Source: Ginglymostoma cirratum (taxonomy: Eukaryota). Taken from it: a stretch of DNA of 64,000 nt. The position numbers were made by a program, and so were the translations under genes. The stretch is from contig JAHRHZ010000061.1 in assembly GCA_024137785.1 (NCBI GenBank), forward strand, positions 1,948,066 to 2,012,065, in the 5' to 3' direction. Below, piece after piece: positions 32,060-45,370 of this stretch; the stretch's first letter is position 1, and every line of letters starts with the position of its first letter. Below the pieces are notes generated by a model. That model was not told where the DNA came from and did no database searches. It saw nothing but the letters and a program-made list of their open reading frames with translations.

Positions 32060-34628
32060 GGCAATGGCCTAGTGGTATTATTGCTAGACTATTAATCCAG
32101 AAACCCAGCTGATGTTCTGGGGACCTGGGTTCAAATCCCACCACGGCAGATGGTGGAATTGGAATTCCAAAAAAAAAGTCTGGAATTAAGAACCTACTGA
32201 TCACCGTGAAATCATTGCCGATTGTCAGAAAAACCCATCTGGTTCACTAATGACCTTCAGGGAGGAAATCTGCCACCCTCATCTGGTCAGGCCTACATGT
32301 GAGTCCAGACCCACAGCAATGTGGTTGACTCTCAACTGACCTCTAAAATGGCACTCAGCAAGCTACTCAGTTGTCCCAATCGCTACAAATGAAACCGGAC
32401 GGATCACCTGGCATTGACCTAGGCACCAGAAAATACAAAGGCAGACCCGCAAAGTCCTCCTCACCAACATCTGGAGGTTAGTGCCAAAGTCAGGAGAGCT
32501 GTCTCACAGACCAGTTAAGCAACAGCCTGACATAGTCATACTCACAGAACCATACCTTACAAACAATGTCCCAGACACCACCATCACCATCCCTGGATAT
32601 GTCCTATCTCACCGGCAGGACAGACCCAGCAGGGGTGGCGGCACAATGGTATACAGTCGGGAGGGTGTTGCCCTGGGAGTCCTCAACATTGACTGCGGAC
32701 CCCATGAAATTTCATGGCTTCAAGTTAAACATGGGCAAGGAAACCTCCTGCTGATTACCACATACTGTCCTCCCTCAGCTGACGAATCAATACTCCTCAA
32801 TTTTGAACAACACTTGGAGGAAGCACGAAGGATGGCAAGGGCACAAAATGTACTCAGGGTGGGGGATTTCAATGTCCACCACCAAGAGTGGCTCGGCAGC
32901 AGTACTACTGATCAAGCAGGTCGGGTCCTAAAGGACATAGCTGCTAGACTGGGCCTGCGGCAGGTGGTGAGGGAACCAACAAGAGGGAAAAACATACTCG
33001 ACCTCATCCTCACTAATCTCCTAGCTGCAGTTGCATCTGTCCATGACAAAATCAGTAAGAGTGACCATCGCACAGTCCTTGCGGAGACGAAGTCCCGCCT
33101 TCACATTGAGAACAACCTCCATCATGTTGTGTGGCACTATCACCGTGCTAAATGGGACAGACTTCACACAGATCTAGCAACTCCAGACTGGGCATCCATG
33201 AGGCACTGTGGGCCATCAACAGCAGCAGAGCTGTACTCCAGCACAATCTGTAACCTCATGGCCCGGCATATCCCCTGCTCAACCATTACCATCAAGCCAG
33301 GGGATCAATCCTGGTTCAATGAAGAGTGCAGGAGGGCATGCCAGGAGCAGCACCATCCATACCTGAAGATGAGGTATCAACCTGGTGAAGCCACCAAACA
33401 GGACTACTTGCATGCCAAACAGTGAAAGCAGCAAGTGATGGACAGAGCTAAGCAATCCCACAACCAATAGATCAGAGCTAAGCTCTGCAGTCCTGCCACA
33501 TCCAGTGGTGAATGGTGGTGGACAATTAAACAACTCACTGGAGGAGGAGGCTCCACAAATAACCCCATCCTTAATGATGGAAGAGCCCAGAGCATCAGTG
33601 CAAAAGATAAAGCTGAAGCATTCGCAGCAATCTTCAGCCAGAAGTGCCGAGTGAATGATCTCGGCCTCCTGCAGTGGTCCCCAGCATTATAGGTATCACT
33701 CATCAGCCAATTCGATTCACTCCACGTGATATCAAGAAACGGTTGGAGACACTGGATACTGCAAAGGCTACGGGCCCTGACATCATTCCAGCAATAGTAC
33801 TGAAGAATTGTGCTCCAGAACTTGCCGTTCCCTGGCCAAGCTGTTCCAGTACAGTTACAGCACTGGTATCTACCCGACAATGTGGAAAATTGCCCAAGTA
33901 TATCTGGTACATAAAAAGCAGGACAAATCCAACCCGGCCAATTACCACCCCATCAGTCTCCTCTCAATCATCAGTAAAGTGATGGAGGGTGTCATCAACA
34001 GTGCTATCAAGCAGTGCTTGCTCAGAAATAACCTGCTCAGTGATGCCCAGTTTGGGTTCCGCCAGGGTCACTCAGCTCCTGATCTCACTACAGCCTTGGT
34101 TCAAACATGGACGAAAAAGCAGAATTCCAGAGGTGAGGTGAGAGTGACAGCCCCAACAACACTCAAGAAGCTTGACACCATCCAGGACAAAGCAGCCCAC
34201 TTGATTGGCACTCAATCCACAAGCATTCACTCCCTCCACCACTGAAGCTCAGTAGCAGCAGTGTATACTATCTACATGATGCACTGCAGAAATTCACCAA
34301 AGATCCTCAGACAGCACCTTCCAAACCCACGGCCACTTCCAACTAGAAGGACAAGGGCATCAGACATATGGGAACACCACCACCTCCAAGTTCCTTTCCA
34401 AGTCACTCACCATCCTGACTTGGAAATATACCGCCGTTCCTTCTCTGTCGCTGGGTCAAAATCCTGGAATTCCCTCCCTAATAGCATTGTGGGTCAAGCC
34501 ATAGCAGGAGGACTGCAGCAGTTCCAGAGGCAGCTCACCACCACCTTCTCAAGGGCAACTAGGGATGAGCAAGAAATGCTGGCCAGCCAGCGACGCCCAC
34601 ATCCCATGAAATGAATAGAAAAAAAAAC
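32060..34628 (+). mobile_element. Single-ORF LINE (APE-RT) with tRNA-like 5' head, internal RT deletion and A-rich tail
   Basis: A box TGGCCTAGTGG 32065-32075, B box GGTTCAAATCC 32128-32138; APE ORF 32481..33425 (GDFNVH, LDLILTN, SDHR); RT start NYHPISLLS/QFGFR; RT core missing at about 34150. Confidence 0.85.
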
Positions 34629-35439
34629 TATTCATACAAAAACAGCACTGATTTTCTCATTGATTTCTCCCATAGTGACTGAGAGAATGATCTCTCTTCC
34701 TCAGTTATTTCAATCTCCATCTCAACTGCACTCCAGATGTATTTCCCTGCCAAATCTTCTTCCTCTTTTATATTCTATGCTCAACATATATAAACCAACA
34801 GCTCATCAAGATTTTTATAAATATTTATCACTAATTACCACATTTTAGCGATTGGTGTACATAAACCCTAAGAGCTGAATCTTATCAGTTTTTGGCAGTG
34901 TAAATTTCATCAAGATTTGCGGCGAGTTTCACTCCATGATGCCTAATGAGTTCTCTTTGTCCCAAACCTGGCTCATTAACTATCTACTGCAGCACTATTG
35001 CGCCACTCACTTCCAATGCTAGCTCAGTTCTACCAGTCGCCTTTGCCAGAGAAACTCGCCAATGCCCAGAATAGACCAGCATCTCTGATTCGCGTCAGTG
35101 CCCAGGGATGGCAGAGGTTGAGTTCCACTGGTGTTCTGGGCTTGAGATATTGCTTCCCAGTGCCCAAGATGATGACTTGGAGGAGCATGAAGTAAGATCA
35201 AATTGGTAGGTTCCTGCTCTGACTTTCAAGTCAAGAATTGACGCTATCTAATTTCTTTGCAGCAGATGATAGGATAGCAAGCTGCATATTAATGAGGGTG
35301 AGATTGGAATTAATTAGGTTGATAAATAGTTATAATCCCATAGACATCTCACTGTTGCATGGTGAAATCTCATCTAGCTATTGCTCCCAACCTCGACAAA
35401 GGCCTCAGTGGGACTTTTCCCACAATTCTCCCAGATTGC

Positions 35440-36600
35440 TGCCTCGTGACAGACTAGTACAAAAGGTGAGGTCACATGGTATCAGGGGTCAGCTGGCAAG
35501 ATGGATACAGAACTGGCTGACACATAGGAAACGAATGATAGAGGTGGAAGGATGTTTTTAGAATGGAGGACTGTGACTAGTGGTGTTCCACAGGGATTAG
35601 TGCTGGAACCTCTGCTGTTCGTGATCTACATAAATGATTTGGAGGAAAACATAGTTGGTCTAATTAATAAGTTTGCGGCCAATGCAAAGATTGGTAGAGT
35701 TGTCAATAGTGAGGAGGATTGTCAGAGGATACAGTAGGATATTGATCAGTTGGAGGCACGGGCAGAAAAATGGCAGATAGAGTTTAATCAGGACAAATGT
35801 GAGGTAATGCAATTTGGAAGGTCAAGTACGGTGGAAATTATACAGACAATGGCAGAACCCTTGGGAGTTTTGATATACAGAGGAATCTGGGTATTCAGGT
35901 CCACAGATGATGGAAGGTGGCAGCGCAGGTAGACAAGGTAGTAACAAAAGGCTTATGGTATGCTTCCCTTCATTGGAAGGGGTGTTGAGTATAAGGATAG
36001 ACAAGTTATGCTGCAGCTTTATAGAACTTCAGTTAGGCCACACTTGAAATATTGTGTACAGTTCCGTTCACCACACCACCAGAAGGATGTGGATGCTATG
36101 GAGTGGGCACTGAAAAGGTTTACCAGGATGTTGCCTTGTATGGCAGATTTTACCAATGAAGAAAGGTTGGCTAGACTGGGTTTGTTTTCACTGGAAAGCA
36201 GGAGGTTGAGGGACAACCTAATAGGAGCTTATAAAAACGTGAATGGCGTGAATTGAGTGGAAAGTATGAGGTTCTTTCCCAACGTGGAGGGGTCAATTAC
36301 TAGGGGACACAGGTTCAAGGTACAGGGGGTGAAGTTTAAAAGATATGTGCGAGGCAAGTTTTTCACACAATGGATGGTGAGCACCTGGAACGTGCTGTCA
36401 GAGGAGGTGGTGGAAGCAGACACAGTAGCAACATTCAAGAAGCACCTGGACGAATACATAAATAGGAAGGGAATAGAGTGATACGGATCCTGTAAGTGAA
36501 GACAATTTTAGAATGGAAGGGCAAGATGTGTAGGCGCAGGCTTGGAGGGCTGAAGGGCCTGTTCCTGTGCTGTATTGGTCTTTGTTCTTTGTTCTTTGTT
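35440..36600 (+). mobile_element. 5'-truncated CR1, ends in (tctttgt)3
   Basis: [27 protein letters not shown]. Confidence 0.9.
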
Positions 36601-37257
36601 ATTTGCTCACCATAGCCCACATCATTCAGGGCCCAATACAATTCTGCCCCACAATCTATTTGGAGCTCCAGCGATTCTAAGTTTTCATTATTTAAAAAGC
36701 AATATTTGGTTTTATCCCTTTATTGCATTTAAAAAGGATGGTTTTAGAATTAGCAACATTGATCATTTGCACTGCAGCTTTAAGATGTTTAGAAATTAAT
36801 AAAAACATTGACTTAAACAGTAGTTATGACCCATGAGCAAATAGAGAGGCAAAGAGGTCGAATATCTCTAACCTAAATATTTCTCATTACAATGATTTGG
36901 CTACTCAATAGTAGTGGTTTTGACTATCTTCAGCATCCTCCCGCCTCTCTGTCTCCAATGTTATCCCACTCACCACCACAACTAGTGAATCAGATCTAAC
37001 ATTGGTAAGCTAAAAGGTCACAGACTATTTTGGCTTCCTTAAGTGTCTACTTGTGTCCTGTTGGCCAACCCACGCAGAATCTTCAGAATCAGCCAATAAT
37101 TTTTTAAAACCATCAAATTTAATGCATGAATTTGAAATTAGGGAGGTCAACACTCAAGAAAATTGAACAGCTTTGTGAGATAATGACAAAAGAATTTATA
37201 ATTTCTTCACTTTTAAAATCTTGGGGCAGCAGCAATCAGGTCCTGGGGATTTGTCAG

Positions 37258-37740
37258 TCATAGAGTCATAGTCGTAGGATCATATAGCATGGAAACAGAC
37301 CATTCATTCCAACTTGTCCATACTGACAATGATCCCAAACTAAGCTAGTCCAACCTGCATGCACTTGACCCATATCCCTCCAAACATTTCTTATTCATGT
37401 CCTTATCCAAATGTCTTTTAAACGTTGTAACTGTACCCACTTCACCATATCCTCTGGAAGTTCATCCCACACAAAAACGACTTCTTGTGGAAAGAAAATT
37501 GCCTCTGTGTCTTGTTAAAATCTTTCTCCTCTCAACTTAGAAGTATGCCCTCTAGCCTTGAAATCCCCCGCCCAAGAGAAAAGACACCTGCCATTCACCA
37601 TATCTATATCCTTCTTGATTTTAAATACCTCTATAAAGTCACTGTGCAGCGGTATACACTTCAGTGAAAAAAGTCCCAACCTTTCCAGCCGCTCCTTATA
37701 ACACAAACCCTCCATTCCTAGCAACGTCCTGGTAAATCTT
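37258..37740 (-). mobile_element. CR1 3' end
   Basis: RLERLGLFSL...RGH; same subfamily as the copy starting at 51328. Confidence 0.85.
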
Positions 37741-37761
37741 GGTGAGCTCCAATCTTTGGTT

Positions 37762-38012
37762 TGTAATTAGGTTGTATGTATAAACTTAAAAATTTTATCA
37801 TTTTTCTTGAAATAACTCCACACAGTCCAGTATCCTGTCACCAACTCACCCTTTATTCACACATAAGCAGTCATTAACTTTAGTACTGCCTCTTTCAGAG
37901 ACAGATATCAGAATCTCTGACACTGTCTCTTTTTATATATCAGCCAGGGCTCCCTGACAGCCCAAAGAACTCATATTCTATGAAGTCCAGCTGCTGACCT
38001 CATTACAATCAC
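37762..38012 (-). mobile_element. Possible short solo LTR
   Basis: AATAAA on minus at about 37851 and a TATA-like element; termini not firmly defined. Confidence 0.35.
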
Positions 38013-38094
38013 TGTATTTCTCCGTTGGGAGGACGGACAGAGAATAATTTCACAACAAGTCTGTCATTTTCTAATTTGCTTTTGCAGTACATTT

Positions 38095-38432
38095 TTTCTT
38101 CATATATTCATGGGATTTGTGAATTGATTTTAGGCAGTATTTGGTACCCATTCTTAATCACCCAGAGGACAGTTGAAGATCAACCACATTGCTGTGGGTC
38201 TGGAGTTACAAGTAGGCCAGATCAGGTAGGGATGGCAGATATCCTTCCATTAAGGACGTTAGTGAACTTAATGGAATTTCATAATCCAAACAACAGTGTT
38301 TATGCAATCACCATTAGAATAATTTTTTATTCCAGGTTGTTCTTGAATTCAAATTTTATCATCTGCCATTGTTGGATTTGAACTCAGAACTGGATTACTA
38401 GACCAGTGACAGTACCACTATGCCAACACTTC
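38095..38432 (-). mobile_element. SINE made of the 5' head and 3' tip of the 32060-34628 LINE
   Basis: caaccacattgctgtgggtctggag is the reverse complement of 32302-32328; tRNA-like head near 38360-38430. Confidence 0.75.
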
Positions 38433-38824
38433 CCCTTATTTGCAGAATTACCCACTTTTATTAATACAGTACCCAATAAACTTTATCTGTAAAATCTGTC
38501 ATTTGGAAATGAAGAGAGATGGATAACTGGAAGTCACTCCCTGATTAGACAGACCAAGATAACAAAACATCTATATTTGTCATGGCACCAACTTGCATTT
38601 ATATAATATCTCTTATGGAGTAAAGTATCACAAACTGCTTCACAAGAGAATTATCAAGCAAAATTTGACACAGCTAATTGGTGACCAAAAGCTTAGTCAA
38701 ATAGGTTGCTTTTAAAAGCATGTTAGAGAGGGTGGGGGGAATTTAGAAATAGCGTTCCAAAGCTGAGGGCTAGGCAGCCGAAGGCAATAGTTGTGCACTT
38801 TCAAATTACATTGAACTAATATTA

Positions 38825-39077
38825 TAGGATCCCTACAGTGTGGAAGCAGACCATTCAGCCCACACTAACCCTCCAAAGAGCAGCCCACCCAGACCCAGCC
38901 CTGTAACTCTGCATTTTGCATGGCCAATCCACCTAATCTGCATATCTTTAGAGCGTAGAAGGAAACCCATACAGACATGTGGAGAATGTGCAAACTCCAC
39001 ATAGACAGTGGCCCGAGGGTGGAATCAAACCCAGGTTCCTGGAGCTGTGAGACAGCAGTGCTAACCGCTGTGCCACT
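38825..39077 (-). mobile_element. HE1-type SINE
   Basis: Same family as 3950-4258. Confidence 0.88.
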
Positions 39078-39759
39078 CAGTCTAAAATTTAACTAATTGC
39101 ATTGTTGACGCTAGGAAATAGCAGCTCTCCCACCTTGGGAATCATGGAATCATTTTTAGAAACCCAGAGAAGGCTTTGAAATGTTATATTCATGCTGTAC
39201 CTGAACTGGTACTTACTCAACTAAAGAAAAGAAATTGTTGTAAACTGATGTCCTTGATTTTTAATGCATGGACAAATTTGTTGTTTTAAAAACATGTTTT
39301 TTTCTAACGACAATTGCTGAAGGTTAACCAGCATTACACAAATAAAAACGGAAGAAAGTCAGACCAGTCTCTGACCTTTAAAGTAGTCTGCATTTTACCT
39401 GACTCTTAGAAGGACCCAAAGTGGGGGTGGTGAGTGAGGTAATACTGATGTATTGAGAGGAGGAAGGATGTTTGCTGAGGGCAGCCATAGCCACATCAGA
39501 AAACTACCTACCACTTAATAGTCAAAAGTCCTTAATAAGAAAGATTGTCCGGAACAGTAATATCAATAATAAAATCATCTTCATTTATGTAGCACCATGA
39601 GATCATAAAACTTCTTTCATTTTGTCAAGAAAATGCTTCCCAGATTGACAGAAAACTTTTTGATCAAAGAAGAGAACAACGGTGACATCACTCACGGATG
39701 TCAATGTCACCTCTGCTTTCTGAGAGGGGAATCTTTAAACCTTGCTTAAAGCCTTCACA

Positions 39760-40590
39760 GGGGCATCCCAAAGAATTGGTCGCAGCCTCAACCTGAAGTA
39801 GGCTCAATTCCTTTACCAACACACCACTCAGCATCCCTCCATTGAGACCAATGAAGAAATTCTCCCAAAAGTGAAACATTCTCCCTACACGGGCAGCTAT
39901 CTCTCATCCAAGGATGACATTGATGTGGAGATCCAACACCACAACCAATGCATGAGAGCTGCCTTCAAACTCCTGAGGATGAGAGTCTTCAGCTGTGACA
40001 CCCGTACTGATACCAGGATCCTTATGTATAAGCCTCTTCTATGTGGCTCCGAAACTTGTCATATGGTCTAGATGTCACCTCAAAACCATGGAGAAGTACC
40101 ATCAATGCTACTTGAGATGGATTTTCCACATTAGCTGGGAGGACAGGTGTGCTAACGTCACTGTCCTTGAAGGATGCCTGAGCTCTGACTGCCAAAATAA
40201 ATGCTCTTCACCAAGAAATGAGAGGAGGACAAAGGAAGCTCTTTAAAGATTCCCTGAAGGCTTCCTTCAAGAAATGCAACATAGACATCAATGTCTGGGG
40301 GTTTCTCGCTCAGAAGAAACAGAGTTGGAGAAACATCCTGTATGAAGAGACACAATATTTCAAGAACACCTATCAGTAGGATGGAAAGGAACTGGAGAAA
40401 GGAATGCCAGAGATCTTGATGCCAAGGATCACTTCCACCTCCTGGAAACACCTGGCAGATGTGTGGCCTGAGATGTGGCCCTAGGATCAGGCTCATCAGA
40501 CATGAAAGGACACACAGAATCCATCGCCATTGACACAGACTTTCGTGATGGTCAATCGTACTTATTAGTGAGAGATTACTGACGACAACA
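39760..40590 (+). mobile_element. Degenerate RTE-clade LINE 3' part
   Basis: PYTGSYLSSKDDIDVEIQH...AAF, LLCGSET, and C-terminal CGLRCGPRIRLIRHERTH-type zinc finger. Confidence 0.7.
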
Positions 40591-40599
40591 AAAACATCC

Positions 40600-40930
40600 C
40601 AAAGCATGTCGCAGGAGCATTACAAAGCAAAGTGAGTGTCATGTCTAATAGGAGCTATCAGAGCTGATGAGCAAATGATCGGTTGAGAAAATAGGTCTTA
40701 AGGAATGGCTTAAATGAGGATAGAGATGTGGTGAGGTTTAGGTGAGGAATTCCACAGCTTAGGCAGCTGAAGGCATGACTAAGTAGAGATGTGCAAGCGT
40801 GTGACAGTGGTGGAGCATAATAATCCTGAAGGCCTTGTAAGGTTGGAGGAGGCTCTATAGCTAAATAGGAGTGATTCCACGGAGGGATTTGCAGCAAGGC
40901 TAACAATTTTAAATTGAGGACGCACTTCAC
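40600..40930 (-). mobile_element. L2-type LINE 3' fragment
   Basis: HAFSCL...SLSSFKPFLKTYF in ORF 40658..40930. Confidence 0.6.
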
Positions 40931-43116
40931 AAGATTGAGCTTAATGCTTTTACGGTAGTCTTTTCACCCCACAATGCAAACTCTAATGGAGCAGCTAAAG
41001 CTACAGTTTCAACTTAACTGCCTTCCAATTAGTCCTTTGAGTCAGGCCATCGGTAATTGTAAGAAATCATCTGGACCTCCCAGTAACAGCTCAGACCAGA
41101 CAGGCATTCCAAGAGAGATTACACAGTTACAGGAAATCAGGAAAGGTAAGACAGAGCTTGCCAAAGGAAATATTGTAAAAAATAAGGGAGACCAGAAGGG
41201 TGTTCAAAGAGATCTGCAGCTGGTGAGAAAATCTCTTTACCCAAATTCAAAAGGTTTATTGGGCAGAGCAGTGGAAGCTGGCCAGCTCCCTGTGAGTCAG
41301 GCTGATCCAAAGAATAGGAACACAGAAAGATTCCAAACCAGGCAGAAATATTAGGCAGTAGAGGAGGCTGGCCTTCCATGCTGGAAGTCCAGGAACTCTG
41401 AATAACAAACAACATCTTTCTGTAACTAGAGGGAGAGCAGGGAGTCTCTCAGATGGGGACACAGATGATGAGGGGAGATGCCTTAGCTAGTGGAGGAGAC
41501 ATGGGGTAGCAGAACTAAAATTGGACATCCACCTGAGGGCAGTGGTATCCCAAAGGATATGGATCAGGTAGCGGACAAAGCCCCTCCTAAGGTAACAGAA
41601 TCAATCATTTTGTACCCTTGAAGTTCCACTGTACTGGCGGCTGCCAAAGGAGAGGCTCAAGTAGAAATGAAACAGAATCCAATACAAAGCACAGTCAGCT
41701 GTTGAGTGTCTACCGGATGCTGGATACATCTGAACATAGCCTCGAGGAGTCTGTTGTGAAGGGGGAGGGTCACTGGATGATCATCCAGTTGAAGCATCAG
41801 TTACTAAACTGGCAAGCACCAGAGTCTAAAGCACAAAGGCCCAGTTAATACTCCTCCAGAAAGAGCAGAGGAAGGATTTGACTACTGTGCTTGTGAAATT
41901 TAAAGAAGGGATTCTCCAGGGTGTATCTCACTGATTGTCCTGATGTGGAGATTGGAGAACCATGTGGGTTTATCATTTAGTCCCCGGGGCTGGGGATGGA
42001 AGTGGGAACGGTGTGCAGTTGTGGCTTGTTAGAGAGATATCAACAATCCTCTAAAAAGAAGCAATAATACAAAATACTGATTGTTAGTTTTTATTTAAAT
42101 TCATAGGATGTGGGTATCACTTGCTAAGATGCATTAATTGCTTATTCCTAATTACCCTCACGTGGTTGGTGGTGAGCTGTCTTCTTAAACAGATGCAGTC
42201 CATTTTGTGTAGTTAGTAGCACTGAAAGAACACCAGTGTGTGCCTTTCCTGTATTTCCCTTTTCTTTAGTATGGCTGAGAGAATGATTGTATACTTTCTT
42301 TAATTTGTCACTACTCTTCCCACTTGTGTTTTAAGAAATGAAATAGAATTATTTTTGTTTTGCCAAGGCTGAAGGTATGTCATTATGGCCTGAGGGCATA
42401 AACAGAAACCCCAAAGAAAACTATTCTCTAATTTCAAATTTAAATTTTAAATTAAGCATGGACAGACTCACTGGACTCTAAAAATGGCAAAGTTAATCAT
42501 ATGATCACATTTTTCAGCAGATTCTGAACCCCATGCATTGTGTAGAATAACTACGGCTGACTCAAAGGACCTGGAGACAAGTCATCTGTTTGCAGCCAGT
42601 TCTGGACAAAGGAAACGATCAATGCCAATTATGCTGTAATCAGCATTAGTACTTTTACAGCTGCCTCGTCACCTCGCAATTGAAACTCCAATGAGGGAGA
42701 CAAAGCTACACTATTGGCTTGATAACCTTCCAGTTAGCCAAACAAGATGGACCATCAGCATCTGAAATGCCTGCTCTTGTCACATGACAAAAATCAGAAC
42801 TGGTTGAATTGATTTCATACCTAGTTCTGGAATTCTAAGTCAGTTGCCTTAACATCACAAGATGATCAACTGCAGGCCTTATCAGCTAGAAGGTCTGCTG
42901 CCTAGCTCTTTCTCTCTATTTCAAAACTCTCACCTTGAGAAAGAGTCTCAGACTATTCTTTGATTGCAAGAAATATTACAGCATTTTCATCTGCTTTCTA
43001 GCTCCCATTAAAGTAATTTACTACACAATCAGGCAAAGGACTGACCAGGAACAAAAACAAAGTTGCTGGAAAAGCTCAGCAGATCTGACAGCATCTGTGA
43101 AGGAAAAAAACACAGT

Positions 43117-43149
43117 TAATGTTTCAGGTCCGGTGACCTGTCCTCAGAA
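43117..43149 (-). ncRNA. Hammerhead-like motif in a short pLTR-derived element (about 43050-43180)
   Basis: CTGAGGA-C-AGGTC-ACCG-GACCT-GAAA-CATT, with a perfect 5-bp stem II. Confidence 0.6.
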
Positions 43150-43229
43150 CTCGGAGCTTTTCCAGCAACTTTGTTTTTTTCCTGGTCAGTCTTTTGGCTT
43201 ATTGTGTAGAAAATTACTTTCCTGGGAGC

Positions 43230-43990
43230 TAGAAAGCAGATGAAAGTGGTAATAGGGAAGGTAAATGGTCTGTCAGCCTAGACTTCAAACAGAATGAAGT
43301 ACAAAAATGGGGAGGATTTGCTAAATCTATACAAAGCTCTATTCACAGCTGGAATACTGTGAACAGTTTTGATTTCCTTATTTAAGGAAAGTTATATTGG
43401 CATTGGAGGCAATCGAAAGGAAATTCGTAATGTTGATTCCAGTTATGGAAGGGTTTTCTTATGAGGAGAGGTAGAGTAATTTGGGCCTGTACTCAATGGA
43501 GTTTAAAAGTCTAAAAGTGTTAAAACATTTAAGATTTTTACCATCAAGGATTTGTCCAAAATCCCTCTGTTGCTCTACACCTCTCAACATCCTACTATTT
43601 ATCACTCATACCTTTGCCTTATTCCCATTCCCATTACCTCACACTTGTCCAGGTTGATTGCTATTTGTTACTTTTCTGCCTGCCTGGCTCAGTCAGAAAT
43701 CACATGACACCAGGTTATAGTCCAACAGGTTTACTTGAAAGCACAAGCTTTTAGAGCGTGGCCCCTTCGTCAGGCCGAAAGCTTGTGATTTCAAATAAAC
43801 CTGTTGGACTATAACCTGGTGTCCTCTGATTTCTGACCTTGTCCATACCAGTCCAACACCGGCTCCTCCACAGCCTGGCTAGTCTTCTGGTATCTTTCTG
43901 CAGTCTACAGCTTTTACTGTCGACTACACAACCAATTTTTGTATCCTCTGTCAATTTTTTCACCGTGCCCCCTATATTTAAGCCTAACAC
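43230..43990. mobile_element. CR1 fragments (+ about 43230-43535; - about 43545-43990)
   Basis: EYCEQF/FSYEER remnants on plus; EDTKIGCVVDS on minus. Confidence 0.7.
43693..43870. mobile_element. Palindromic Penelope-derived miniature element inserted in CR1
   Basis: gtcagaaatca...caccaggttatagtccaacaggttta is inverted relative to taaacctgttggactataacctggtgtc...tgatttctgac; central decayed CTGACGA...AAAGCTT hammerhead-like motif. Confidence 0.75.
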
Positions 43991-44060
43991 TGAGCCCAGC
44001 AGAACTTACTGAAAAAAACCTTGCAGTTGCACAAACACTCATCAAATGTTTGCTTCTTAC

Positions 44061-45370
44061 CACTAATACAATGTTGGACCCAAAAATGCTAAAATGCACA
44101 TAGATTGTGTTAACCACAGGGCCTATAACAACCCTCATTATCACGTCCCTCAAAAAACTTAGTCTCAGCTTTCCCTTAGAAAATGCATGGCTTCAGCAAA
44201 GGTGATTTATCTTGTTAATAATTTAAAATGTTATATAATTTCAATTATTTCCTGAAGCACATCAATATTTTGGGAGGATAATTTGTTGCAGACGAGTAGA
44301 TTCAAAACAAATTAACAAGGCTCTAACTGCTAAAAGAATGTATTAAAAGTGAGTTCAGGGCATAGTTAATTTATGCCAAGGTAATGAGGAATATGTATCT
44401 ATTCTCCAGGAGATCCATCCCAACCCCTTGACATGTATGGAGATTCTCCACCAGCATATGATACTGAGATTAGGTATTGCCTTCAAAATACCTTCAGACA
44501 TTGTGATTCTGAAGTTGTAACAAAACAGAAAAAATGTCAACACATTGAGAAACCAACTCAAACCCATCATTTCCTGCGATGAATTGAACAGCTCATATAA
44601 ACCACACCGAGTGAGGAGACTTGACTATTCACATAGGTTAATTATTCAATTGGAGCATCACCAGAGTTTCCAATCTAGTGCCATAACCATGAGTCTCCCT
44701 GACTTCCAAAAACTCAAAAGCAGAAAACACCTTAGAGGCAATTGTGGATCTGGATTGGATTCACGGAAATACTGATATAAATGCTTAGTATTCACAACCA
44801 CCTGTAGGAGAGGGTTTCTTCACATTACTTTTGCTGAAAGGTTAATTTTGACACTTTGGATGTTTGTCAATCATGTTAGGATGGGAGATGCTGGCCACGT
44901 CAGTTTGAAACTCACATGGGAACCTCCAGCACCAGCACCATCCTGACATTCACAAATCTGTAGCTGGCCAATATAGAGGGGACAGCAGAATGGAAAGATA
45001 CTTTCAAGTCAGGATGGTGTGTGGCTAGGAAAAGCAATTGCAAGTAGTGGCCATTTAGCCCTTCAAGCCTGCTCCATCATTCATTATGATCACCGCCGAT
45101 CCAACTCAATAACCTGTTCCAACTTTATCCCTATGTCCTTGGATTTCTTTAGCCACAAGTGCTATATCCAACTCCCTCTTTAAAATAGACAATGTTTTGG
45201 CATTGAGTGCTTTCTACGGTAGCGAATTCCACAGGCTCACCACTCTTTGTGTGAAATTTCTCCTCATCTCAGTCTTAAATGGATTACCCACTAAGACAAT
45301 GTTGGACCCGTATATGCTAAAATGCACATAGATTGCATTAACCACAGTGCCAACCCTCATTATCACTTCC
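44061..45370. repeat. Direct repeat pair of about 85 bp (44061-44148 and 45289-45370)
   Basis: cactaa.acaatgttggacc...atgctaaaatgcacatagattg..ttaaccacag...caaccctcattatcac.tcc in both copies. Confidence 0.85.

Noticed and set aside
32060-32145. Functional tRNA gene
   Set aside because: No proper acceptor stem or T-run terminator; continuous with retroelement sequence and repeated in decayed SINE copies
44355-44570. ORF with NLSIIC...WISW resembling the start of a second V domain
   Set aside because: Wrong splice phase, ends before any DxxxYxC, and no downstream C/TM exons found
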